Part shown: in pieces, positions 10,238 through 18,456 of the stretch
Position numbering within the stretch: position 1 is the first letter of the stretch
Layout: the number at the start of each line of letters is the position of its first letter
Position numbers and translations under genes: made by a program
Notes under the pieces: generated by a model
Seen by the model: the letters and a program-made list of their open reading frames with translations, nothing else
What the model was told of the DNA's origin: nothing
The model's database searches: none
Assembly: GCA_963666565.1 (NCBI GenBank)
Contig: OY762911.1
Coordinates: 1,344,001-1,408,000, forward strand
DNA length: 64,000 nt
Reading direction: 5' to 3'
DNA from: Thermoanaerobaculia bacterium
Lineage (GTDB): Bacteria; Acidobacteriota; Thermoanaerobaculia; Multivoradales; Multivoraceae

Positions 10238-10675
10238 ATGAACCTTCCGGTCCGCCTGGACGAGGACGGTGCCGCCGCGCCCCCGCGCGAGAACGGCGAA
10301 CTGGCCTTCGAGGCGCCGTGGGAGAGCCGCCTGTTCGGCCTGACGATGGCGCTGGTCGAGGCCGGCCGGCTCGACTGGGAGGCCTTCCGCGAGCGGCTGA
10401 TCGCCGCCGTCGCGGCCTGGGAACGGCGGGCCGAGCGCGGCGCCCGTCACACCGGGGCGGTGGCGGCGAGGGAACCTTGGGACTACTGGCAACGCTGGCG
10501 GGAGGCGCTGGAGGCCTCGCTTGCGGCCGAAGACCTGGTGAGCCGACCGGAAATCGATGCCCTGACCTGCCGGCTGGCGGATCGGCCGCACGGTCACGAC
10601 CACGACTACCATCCGCATGAGCCCATGCACCACGAGCCCCTGCACAAATGGAGCGGCGGCGGACGCCGCGAGTGA
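10238..10675 (+). CDS. nitrile hydratase accessory/activator protein (P14K-like) with His-rich tail
   Basis: PPRENGELAFEAPWESRLFG; HGHDHDYHPHEPMHH tail; follows nthBA. Confidence 0.85.
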   Translation: MNLPVRLDEDGAAAPPRENGELAFEAPWESRLFGLTMALVEAGRLDWEAFRERLIAAVAAWERRAERGARHTGAVAAREPWDYWQRWREALEASLAAEDLVSRPEIDALTCRLADRPHGHDHDYHPHEPMHHEPLHKWSGGGRRE

Positions 10676-10701
10676 TCGGGCCCTTCCGGGGAGATCGACC
10701 A

Positions 10702-11571
10702 ATGACAGCTCAACTCCTTGCAGGCGGTCCGGTGGCCGAGGCCGTGCTGGCCGAGGTCGGGTCCGAGGTCGCGCGACTCCGCGAGGCGGGCGTGCGGCCC
10801 GGTTTGGGCACCATTCTGGTCGGCGACGACGCGGCCTCGGCCGGCTACGTCCGCAAGAAGCACGAAACCTGCGAGCAGGTCGGCGTCGCCTCGTTCCATG
10901 AGCAGGTAGCGGCGGACGCCGGCCAGGAGGAGCTTCTTGCCGCCGTCGACCGCTTCAACGCGGACCCGGAAGTCGACGCCTACATCATCCAGCACCCGGT
11001 GCCGTCCGGCTTCGACTTCAACGAGGCCCTGGCGCGCATGGATCCGAAGAAGGACGCCGACGGCCTGCATCCGGTGAACCTGGGCAAGCTGGTGCTGCAG
11101 GAGAAGGGCCCGGTGCCCTGTACGCCGGCCGGCATCCAGGCGATGCTCCTGCACTACGGGATCGACGTGAGCGGCCGCGAGGTGGTCGTCCTGGGCCGGG
11201 GCCCGACTCTCGGACGGCCGCTGGCGCTGCTGCTGACGCTGAAGCAGCCGGGCGCGAACGCCGTCGTCACCGTCGTGCATACCGGCGCGAGCGACGTGAC
11301 TCCGTTCACCCGCCGCGCCGACATCGTGGTCGCTGCCCTTGGCGTGCCGCGCTTCGTCAAGCCGGAGATGATCGGGCCGGGCGCGGTCGTCGTCAGCGGC
11401 GGCATCAGTTGGGAGGGCAGGAAGCTGCTGCCCGACGTCGACGAGTCGGTGGCCGAGGTGGCGAGCTGGATCACCCCGCGGCTCGGCGGCGTCGGCCCGA
11501 CGACGGTGGCGATGCTGCTGCGGAACACGGTGCTCGCGGCCGCGGATCGGCCAGCGACGGAGGGAGGCTGA
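10702..11571 (+). CDS. folD: methylene-THF dehydrogenase/cyclohydrolase (FolD-like)
   Basis: YVRKK, KDADGLHPVN, PCTPAGI, ITPRLGGVGPTT. Confidence 0.9.
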   Translation: MTAQLLAGGPVAEAVLAEVGSEVARLREAGVRPGLGTILVGDDAASAGYVRKKHETCEQVGVASFHEQVAADAGQEELLAAVDRFNADPEVDAYIIQHPVPSGFDFNEALARMDPKKDADGLHPVNLGKLVLQEKGPVPCTPAGIQAMLLHYGIDVSGREVVVLGRGPTLGRPLALLLTLKQPGANAVVTVVHTGASDVTPFTRRADIVVAALGVPRFVKPEMIGPGAVVVSGGISWEGRKLLPDVDESVAEVASWITPRLGGVGPTTVAMLLRNTVLAAADRPATEGG

Positions 11572-11572
11572 G

Positions 11573-13852
11573 ATGGCGCTGCGGAGACGCCGGCGCACCC
11601 GGTTTGCGCCGCAGAAGCTGCTGGTCGGGGCCTTGCCGCTCCTGCTAGCCGCGCCAGCGTTTCCGCAAGACTTGATCGGCTTCCATCCCGACCGCGTCGA
11701 AGCGCAGCGCGAGATGGAGCGGCGCGCCGACGAGCGGATCGTCGCGGACGAGCTGCTCGAGTGGAACCGGCTGATGACGCCGCGGCCTCACCACGCCGGG
11801 GCGCCGCAGACGGAGGCGAACGCGCGCTGGATGGTCGAGCGGTTCAGGGAGTGGGGCTTCGAAGCCGAGATCGAGACCTTCGACGTCCTCTTCCCGACGC
11901 CGCGGCTGCGGTCGCTGACCCTGCTCGAACCGACTCGCTTCGAGGCGTCGCTCGTCGAGGAACCGGCCCCGGGCGACGGCACCGCGGAGATCGCGGCGGC
12001 CGAAGGGTTGCCGCCCTTCAACGCCTTCTCGGCCGACGGCGACGTGACCGGGGAGCTGGTCTACGTCAACCGGGGCGTGCCCGAGGACTACGAGGTGCTG
12101 GAGCGGCTGGGAATCGACGTCCGGGGGAAGATCGTGATCGTTCGCTACGGCGGCTCCTGGCGCGGAATCAAGCCGAAGGTCGCCTGGGAGCGCGGCGCGA
12201 TCGGATGCCTCATCTTCAACGATCCTGGCGACGACGGCTACAGCCAGGGCGCCGGGTATCCGGACGGCTCGTTCAAGCACGCGAGCGCGGTGCAGCGGGG
12301 CTCGGTGCTCGACCTGCCGCTCCGCCCCGGCGATCCGCTGACCCCGATGCGGGGCGCCGTCGACGGCGAGCCGCGGCTCGCTCGGGAGGACGCGGAAACT
12401 CTGATGCGAATCCCCGTGCTGCCGATCGCCTGGCGGGACGCCCGGCCCCTGCTCGAGGCGCTGGGAGGCGAGACCGCGCCGCGGGAGTGGCGCGGCGGCC
12501 TGCCGATCACCTACCGGATCGGCCCGGGTCCCGCCCGGGTTCGGCTCCAGCTCGAGTTCGACTGGAGTCTGGCGCCGGCGCACAACGTGATCGCCCGCAT
12601 GGCCGGCGCGGAGAGGCCGGACCAGTGGATCCTGCGCGGCAACCACCACGACGCCTGGGTCATCGGCGCCCGCGATCCCATCAGCGGCCTGGCCGGCCTG
12701 ATGGCCGAGGCGAAGGCGCTCGGACAGCTGGCCCGGGAAGGCCACCCGCCGCGGCGCACGGTCGTTTACGCCGCCTGGGACGCCGAGGAGCCGGGTCTGC
12801 TCGGCTCGACCGAGTGGGCCGAGCACCACGCCGAGGCCCTGCGCGAGCACGGGGCCGTCTACATCAACTCGGACTCGAACAGCCGCGGCTTCCTGCGCGC
12901 GGGCGGCTCGCACGCCCTGGAAACCCTGGTCAACCAGGTAGCGGGGGAGGTCGAGGACCCGCAGACGGGCGTCAGCGTGGGCGAGCGTCTGCTCGCGTTC
13001 CGGCGGGTTAGCGGCAGCCGCGCCGAGTACGAGCGGCTCCAGTCGTCCGGCCGGCTTCGCATCGCCGCCCTGGGTTCGGGCTCGGACTACTCGCCGTTCC
13101 TCCAGCACCTCGGCGTGTCGTCGCTGAACGTCGGCTACGGCGGCGAAGGGGTCGGCGGCGAGTACCACACCGCCTTCGACACCTTCGACTTCTTCCGCCG
13201 CTTCGTCGACCCGGGCGCCGTGTACGGCGCCGCGCTCGCCCGCACCGGACTCCGCCTGACGCTGCGGCTTGCGAACGCCGACGTGCTCCCGTTCGAGTTC
13301 GGGACCACCGCTTCGACCGCCGGGCGCTACGTCGACGAGGTCGCGGACCTGGCTGACGAGGAGCGTCGCGAGATCGAGCGCGAGAACGAGCTTCTCGAGA
13401 GCGCCGCGCTGCGCCTGGCGGCCGACCCGACCGGGCCGTTCGTCGAGCCGGAGGCGACGCCGCCGGCGCCGCACCTGAGCTTCGCGCCGCTCAGGAACGC
13501 GCACGATCGTCTCTCACGGGCCGCGAAGGCGGCCGACCGCGCCCTGGCGGAGGCGGCGCGGAGCGGGGACGCGGCCGTCCAGGAGGCGCTCGACCGGCTG
13601 GTCGCCGGGAGCGAACGCCGGCTGACGCGGGACCACGGCCTGCCGCGGAGGCCATGGTTCCGGCACCACCTCTACGCGCCGGGCATGTACACCGGCTACG
13701 GCGTGAAGACGCTGCCGGGCGTGCGGGAGGCGATCGAGCAGCGCGACTGGGACGAGGCCCAGGAGCAGATCGGCATCCTGGCCGAGGTTCTGGCCGCCTT
13801 CGCGGACCAGTTGGAGCAGGTGGCGCGGGCTACGGGACCTTCGGAACCGTAG
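11573..13852 (+). CDS. M28 glutamate carboxypeptidase II-like peptidase (PA + TFR dimer domains)
   Basis: GNHHDAW, WDAEEPGLLGSTEW, GSGSDY, YHT, PWFRHHLYAPG. Confidence 0.9.
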   Translation: MALRRRRRTRFAPQKLLVGALPLLLAAPAFPQDLIGFHPDRVEAQREMERRADERIVADELLEWNRLMTPRPHHAGAPQTEANARWMVERFREWGFEAEIETFDVLFPTPRLRSLTLLEPTRFEASLVEEPAPGDGTAEIAAAEGLPPFNAFSADGDVTGELVYVNRGVPEDYEVLERLGIDVRGKIVIVRYGGSWRGIKPKVAWERGAIGCLIFNDPGDDGYSQGAGYPDGSFKHASAVQRGSVLDLPLRPGDPLTPMRGAVDGEPRLAREDAETLMRIPVLPIAWRDARPLLEALGGETAPREWRGGLPITYRIGPGPARVRLQLEFDWSLAPAHNVIARMAGAERPDQWILRGNHHDAWVIGARDPISGLAGLMAEAKALGQLAREGHPPRRTVVYAAWDAEEPGLLGSTEWAEHHAEALREHGAVYINSDSNSRGFLRAGGSHALETLVNQVAGEVEDPQTGVSVGERLLAFRRVSGSRAEYERLQSSGRLRIAALGSGSDYSPFLQHLGVSSLNVGYGGEGVGGEYHTAFDTFDFFRRFVDPGAVYGAALARTGLRLTLRLANADVLPFEFGTTASTAGRYVDEVADLADEERREIERENELLESAALRLAADPTGPFVEPEATPPAPHLSFAPLRNAHDRLSRAAKAADRALAEAARSGDAAVQEALDRLVAGSERRLTRDHGLPRRPWFRHHLYAPGMYTGYGVKTLPGVREAIEQRDWDEAQEQIGILAEVLAAFADQLEQVARATGPSEP

Positions 13853-13887
13853 CCCGGCCACCTGAGAGCCGGCGGCAGCGGGTCGAC

Positions 13888-14991
13888 TTACGCGGCCGCC
13901 GAACGAACTGAGGAGCGCAGGATGTTGTAGCCGGTCGCGTCCACGCGGCCGCGGCTGGCAACGTCCCGCTCGATGTCCCGGGCCCAGGCGCCCTCGGCGG
14001 CGCGCGGCCCGGCGATCAGGGACAGGATCTCGGAACCGAAGCCCGAGCCGTAGGAGAAGGCCGCGACCTGCTCGCCGACGTCCAGCCCGCGGAGCGCGTT
14101 CGCCACCGCGATCCACAGCGACGCGGTGTACGAGTTGCCGGACAGCCGGTTCCAGTTCATCGACGGCTCGACCTTGTCCCGGTAAATCTGCTGGATCCGC
14201 TCGGCCGACCAGCCGGCGACTTCGCCGACGAGGTGGAAGGCCTTGCTGACCATCTTCGGGAACGGCACGTGGAAGCAGATCGCCGAGAACTGCTCCAGCA
14301 CCTCGGCCGGGTTCTCGCCCCTGGTCAGCGCGGAGAAGCACTCCTGGGCGGCCTTCTTGTAGCACTCCAGGCTCAGCTTGCCGTCGACCCGCGGGTAGGA
14401 CTCGCCGACCGGACGGTAGAAGTCGAACGCCGGCTGGCTCCAGGCATGGGACTCGACCCCGACCGAGGCGATCTCGGGGCGCTCCACGACGAAGGCGACG
14501 GCGCCGGCGCCCTGGGTCGGCTCGCCGGGGTCGCCCTGCTCGTAGAGGGCGATGTCGGCGGCGAGGACGAGGGCGGCCTTGTCGCGGGCGGCGCCGGACA
14601 TGCGCCACTCGCAGGCCTGGCGCAGCGCGAGTGTGCCGCCGTAGCAGGCGTGCTTGACCTCGTAGGAGCGGATGTTCCCGGCGAGGCCGAGCTCCTCGGC
14701 CACGAAGGCGGAGAGCGGCCGGCTCATGTCGACGGCGGTCTCCGTGCCGACGGCGATCATGCCGATGTCCTCGACGTCGCCGTCCCAGCGCGACAGGGCG
14801 CGACGGGCGGCTTCGGAAGCGAGGTCCACGATGCCGAACTCCGGCGGGCAGAGAGAGATCTCGGAGCAGCCGAGCCCGATCCGGTACTTGTCCGGGTCGA
14901 CGCCGCGGAGCGACGCGAGCTCTTCGACCGGCATGGCGAGCGGCGGCAGGTGCAGTCCGATGGAGGCGATTCCTGTCTCGATCCTGGTCAT
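13888..14991 (-). CDS. mvaS: hydroxymethylglutaryl-CoA synthase
   Basis: GTETAVD, EVKHACYGGT (catalytic Cys), EPTQGAGAVA, FHVPFPKM, GNSYTAS, SYGSG. Confidence 0.85.
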   Translation of the reverse strand: MTRIETGIASIGLHLPPLAMPVEELASLRGVDPDKYRIGLGCSEISLCPPEFGIVDLASEAARRALSRWDGDVEDIGMIAVGTETAVDMSRPLSAFVAEELGLAGNIRSYEVKHACYGGTLALRQACEWRMSGAARDKAALVLAADIALYEQGDPGEPTQGAGAVAFVVERPEIASVGVESHAWSQPAFDFYRPVGESYPRVDGKLSLECYKKAAQECFSALTRGENPAEVLEQFSAICFHVPFPKMVSKAFHLVGEVAGWSAERIQQIYRDKVEPSMNWNRLSGNSYTASLWIAVANALRGLDVGEQVAAFSYGSGFGSEILSLIAGPRAAEGAWARDIERDVASRGRVDATGYNILRSSVRSAAA

Positions 14992-15093
14992 GTCGTTTCC
15001 TCGTTGAAGCGGGAGGCTGGACGGCTGCCTCGCTGGCGACGGGCCGGGGCGAAGTGTCGCCGGTGCGGTCAGTACGAAAACAAAAGCAGGAGG

Positions 15094-15102
15094 ACCGTAG
15101 CA
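15094..15102 (-). promoter_or_regulatory. extended -10 promoter TGCTACGGT
   Basis: TGn-TAnnnT motif upstream of the HMG-CoA synthase, in an AT-rich tract. Confidence 0.45.
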
Positions 15103-15357
15103 CAGGAAAGTGGCCCTGATGCGGTTTTTCTTTTTGAAACATGCCTGAACTGTTGGAACTTTCAGGAATCCGTGAACGCTCCGCGCCGGCGGCCACGTAC
15201 CGGGTGCGCCGGCGTGCCATTCGTGCGCCCGGTTACGGGCGCACGAACTGGTTCGCATGTGGCGCGGGCCGCGCCACCTGGGTTCCCGCCGGCTGCCGCC
15301 GGAGGCGGCCAGGAACGCGCCCGCGAGCGGCGACGATCGCGCGCTGCGTTCAGGCGC

Positions 15358-16284
15358 TCAGCGCGGGCTGCGGGCGCAGCGGAAGCCGGTGTTGTCGAGG
15401 CCGGAGTCGGGCGCGGAGTCGTTCCGGTTCGCGTTCCGGTAGCCCTCGCAGTAGCTCGCCGCGCAGAGCCAGGACCCGCCCTTCAGGACCTTGTGGCCGC
15501 CGGCGCCGTCGGGCCGGTACCAGTCGTCGATCCACTCCCAGACGTTGCCGCCGAGGTCGAACACGCCGAGAGCGTTCGGCGGATAGGAACCGACGGGCGC
15601 CAGGTAGGCGTGGCCGTCGGCCGCGTCGTCCCGGGCGGGGAAGTCCCCCTGCCAGACGTTCGCCACCCACTCGCCCGCGGGGGCCGGCGCCTCGCCCCAC
15701 GGGTAGCGGGCGTGGCCCGCGCCGTCGTTGCCGGCCGCGGCTGCGAGGTCCCATTCCGCCTCGGTCGGCAGGCGCTTGCCGCGCCACTCGCAGTAGGCCC
15801 GGGCGTCGCCCCAGCTCACATGGACGACCGGCAGGTCGGCTTCCGCCTCGGAACCGGGTCCGCGCGGATGCTGCCAGTCGGCGTCTTCGACGGCCAGCCA
15901 CCAGGGAGTCCCCTGGGGCCGCTGCTCCAGCTCCGGGTTGGCGGTGGCCTGAGGGTGGAAGACCAGGGACCAGCCCCAGCGTTCGGCCTCGGTCACGTAG
16001 CCGGTTGCGTCGACGAAGGCGGCAAAGTCGTGGTTCGTCGCCTCGTATGGGTCCAGGTCGAAGGCGGCGACGGCGAGGTCGCCCCCCGGACGGGAAACCG
16101 CGCCGGCGGGCACGCGGACCATCCCTGCCGGCGGCGGTCCCGGCGCCGCCGCGGGCACCTGGGCAGGCGCCGGAGCCGGCGTCGCGGCTTCCGGCGGATC
16201 CGGGCCGGCGTCCCCGCAGGCCGCCGCGACGAGCAGCCCGATCGCCAGCAGCAAGCCGTAGCGGTGCGAGAGTCGGCTGCACAC
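15358..16284 (-). CDS. formylglycine-generating enzyme (SUMF1/FGE) family lipoprotein
   Basis: PVVHVSWGDA, RLPTEAEW, GNVWEW, GGSWLCAASYCEGYR, GFRCA; LVAAAC lipobox-like. Confidence 0.85.
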   Translation of the reverse strand: MCSRLSHRYGLLLAIGLLVAAACGDAGPDPPEAATPAPAPAQVPAAAPGPPPAGMVRVPAGAVSRPGGDLAVAAFDLDPYEATNHDFAAFVDATGYVTEAERWGWSLVFHPQATANPELEQRPQGTPWWLAVEDADWQHPRGPGSEAEADLPVVHVSWGDARAYCEWRGKRLPTEAEWDLAAAAGNDGAGHARYPWGEAPAPAGEWVANVWQGDFPARDDAADGHAYLAPVGSYPPNALGVFDLGGNVWEWIDDWYRPDGAGGHKVLKGGSWLCAASYCEGYRNANRNDSAPDSGLDNTGFRCARSPR

Positions 16285-16285
16285 C

Positions 16286-16345
16286 GGGTGCGCGGGTCTT
16301 CCGGCCCGCTGCCGCCGAAGGCGGCCGGACAAACGCGCCGGCCGG
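16286..16345 (+). repeat. REP-like repeat copy 4 (extended form)
   Basis: Core plus GCCGCCGAAGGCGGC hairpin. Confidence 0.85.
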
Positions 16346-16376
16346 AAGGCCGGCGTCCGCCACGTCCGCACTGCCC

Positions 16377-16712
16377 TCACGGCCTCCACCCGAACCGCTC
16401 CAGGTCGATGCAACCCCGCCGGTCGAACACGATCCCCTCTTCCTGAAGCAGAAACCGCTGCCGGTCGACGCTCTCGATCGGGTCGAACCCACGGTCGCTT
16501 ATCGACCCCTTCACGTTGACCACCCGGTGCCAGGGCACGCTCCCGTCCTCCAGCCGGGCCAGCACGTAGCCCACCTGCCGCGCGTTGCGCGGATGTCCCG
16601 CGAGGGCGGCAATCTGGCCGTAGGTCGCCACCCGGCCCTCGGGAATCAGCCGCACGAGCCGGCGGAAGGTCTCGTGCCGGGAGTCCGTTCGTTGGCGGCC
16701 AGCCGCATTCAT
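16377..16712 (-). CDS. alkyltransferase-like protein (ATL/YbaZ, MGMT family)
   Basis: IPEGRVATYGQIA, PWHRVVN (Trp replaces catalytic Cys). Confidence 0.85.
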   Translation of the reverse strand: MNAAGRQRTDSRHETFRRLVRLIPEGRVATYGQIAALAGHPRNARQVGYVLARLEDGSVPWHRVVNVKGSISDRGFDPIESVDRQRFLLQEEGIVFDRRGCIDLERFGWRP

Positions 16713-16727
16713 CGCGTGAACCTTACC

Positions 16728-16785
16728 GGGTGCGCGGGTCTTCCGACCCGCTCGCCGCCGAAGGCGGACAGAAACGCGCCGGCCG
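16728..16785 (+). repeat. REP-like repeat copy 5 (extended form)
   Basis: Exact core plus second hairpin. Confidence 0.85.
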
Positions 16786-16832
16786 TCAGGACGGCTCCGC
16801 TCGGCGGCGTTCTGCTACCTTGCCGGCCAGGA

Positions 16833-18101
16833 ATGTCCTCCGCCGACCGAGGTCGCAGCCGCCTCGACCGGCGGCGCAACTACGCCGCGCTGCTCGCCCA
16901 CGGCCTGCTCGGCATGACGGGGTTCCGCCTGCTCCAGGCGCCGACCTTCCTGCCGACCTACATCAGCCTCCTGACCGGCGCCAACGCCGCGGTGGGCATC
17001 GCTTCGGCCTGCCAGAGCCTGGGCATGTTCGTGTCGCCGCTCCTGAGCGCCGCCCTCGTCGAGCACCGCCGCCACGTCAAGTGGGTCGCTCTGCTGTTCG
17101 GCGGCCTGATGCGGTTCCAGATGCTGCTGCTGGCCCTGGTGGCGCTGCTCGCCCCGGTCGAGGTGGCGGTCTTCCTGGTCTGGCCGGTGCTCCTGGTGTG
17201 GGGCGTCTCCAGCGGGATGCAGATGGTGGCGTTCAACCTGTTGTTCGCGAAGTCCGTGCCGGTCGGCCGCCGCGGTCGGCTCCAGGGAACGCGGAACCTG
17301 GCCGCCGGAATCTCCGTGATCCTGCTCTCCGTCGCCGCGGGCTGGGTGCTCGACCGCTACGGCTTCCCCCGCGGCTACGGCCTGACCTTCCTGGGCGCCG
17401 CGCTCCTGGCCGCGACCGGACTGGCGTTCATGGGCCTGATTCGCGAGCCCGCTGCGCTCGACGTCCACGACGCCGGGCTCAGCATGCGCGCCCGGTTGAG
17501 CAAGCTGCCCGTGCTGCTCCGCTCCGACCGGAACTACGCGAGCTTTCTCTCGGCGCGGCTGCTGGCCGGCGCCGCGCGGGGCGCCCTGCCGTTCTACGTT
17601 CTCCTGGTCGGCGAGCGGTTCGGCGTCAGCGGCGCGCGGCTGGCCGGGCTGACCGTCACCTTCGCGGCGGCGCAGTCGGCCGGCGCCCTGGTCTGGGGCC
17701 TGCTGGGCGACCGCTCGGGATACCGGGCGGTGTTCGTCCTGGCGCTCGTATCGTGGATTCTGGGCAGCGCGATCGTCCTGTGGGCGCCGGTCTTCCCGGT
17801 GGCCTACGCCGTCTTCCTGCTGGTGGGGGCGGGCTTCTCCGGCGTGATGCTCGCGTCCCAGAACCTCGTCCTGGAGTTCGGGCGGGAGCGAGACCGTCCC
17901 ATGCGCATCGCCGCCACGCAATCGCTGGCCGAGGCGTGCGCGGTGGCCGGTTTCGTGACGGCCGGCGCGGTGAGCCAGGTCGCGCCGGTCGAGAGCGTCT
18001 TCCTGCTGGCGACCGTGCTGCACGTGCTGGCGTTGCGGAAGCTGATCCGCATCGAAGACCCGCGCCGGACGGCGCGGGAAACGGTGGCCGACCGGGTATA
18101 G
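16833..18101 (+). CDS. MFS transporter
   Basis: About 12 hydrophobic segments, WGLLGDRSGYR motif; TGCTACCTT extended -10 at 16813-16821. Confidence 0.85.
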   Translation: MSSADRGRSRLDRRRNYAALLAHGLLGMTGFRLLQAPTFLPTYISLLTGANAAVGIASACQSLGMFVSPLLSAALVEHRRHVKWVALLFGGLMRFQMLLLALVALLAPVEVAVFLVWPVLLVWGVSSGMQMVAFNLLFAKSVPVGRRGRLQGTRNLAAGISVILLSVAAGWVLDRYGFPRGYGLTFLGAALLAATGLAFMGLIREPAALDVHDAGLSMRARLSKLPVLLRSDRNYASFLSARLLAGAARGALPFYVLLVGERFGVSGARLAGLTVTFAAAQSAGALVWGLLGDRSGYRAVFVLALVSWILGSAIVLWAPVFPVAYAVFLLVGAGFSGVMLASQNLVLEFGRERDRPMRIAATQSLAEACAVAGFVTAGAVSQVAPVESVFLLATVLHVLALRKLIRIEDPRRTARETVADRV

Positions 18102-18109
18102 GCCAGTCC

Positions 18110-18125
18110 TGGCACGCGTGTTGCT
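18110..18125 (+). promoter_or_regulatory. sigma54 (-24/-12) promoter
   Basis: TGGCAC-GCGTG-TTGCT, perfect consensus and spacing. Confidence 0.65.
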
Positions 18126-18134
18126 TCCTCCCCA

Positions 18135-18450
18135 CCGTGCCGGGACTGCAAGCGTCGTCCCGACAGATGTGGAATACACCGGAGGAGGTCCCTCACCAAC
18201 TCTCCCGCCCAGTTACCGAGAGCCGACCGGCGGCGCCGCAGCCGCGCTCACGACGCTTGTTCGAGCCGTTGCCCGCGCCACTTCTCGCCGGTTGAGCCTC
18301 CTGCTCGGATCTCCTTCTTGCCCGGCACCTTCGGGCGAGCCTTCCAGGATCCTCACCCCGGACCTCCTCCGCTTCCGCTTCCCCAGTCTGCCTTCCATGC
18401 GCCGTTGCCGCCGTCGACTGGCGGCGCCGGCACCGTACTGCGCCAGAATG
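18135..18450. ncRNA. candidate small RNA / small-ORF locus
   Basis: Long intergenic region downstream of the sigma54 promoter, 12-bp inverted repeat, GGA-rich minus strand. Confidence 0.3.
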
Positions 18451-18456
18451 GCGCGG

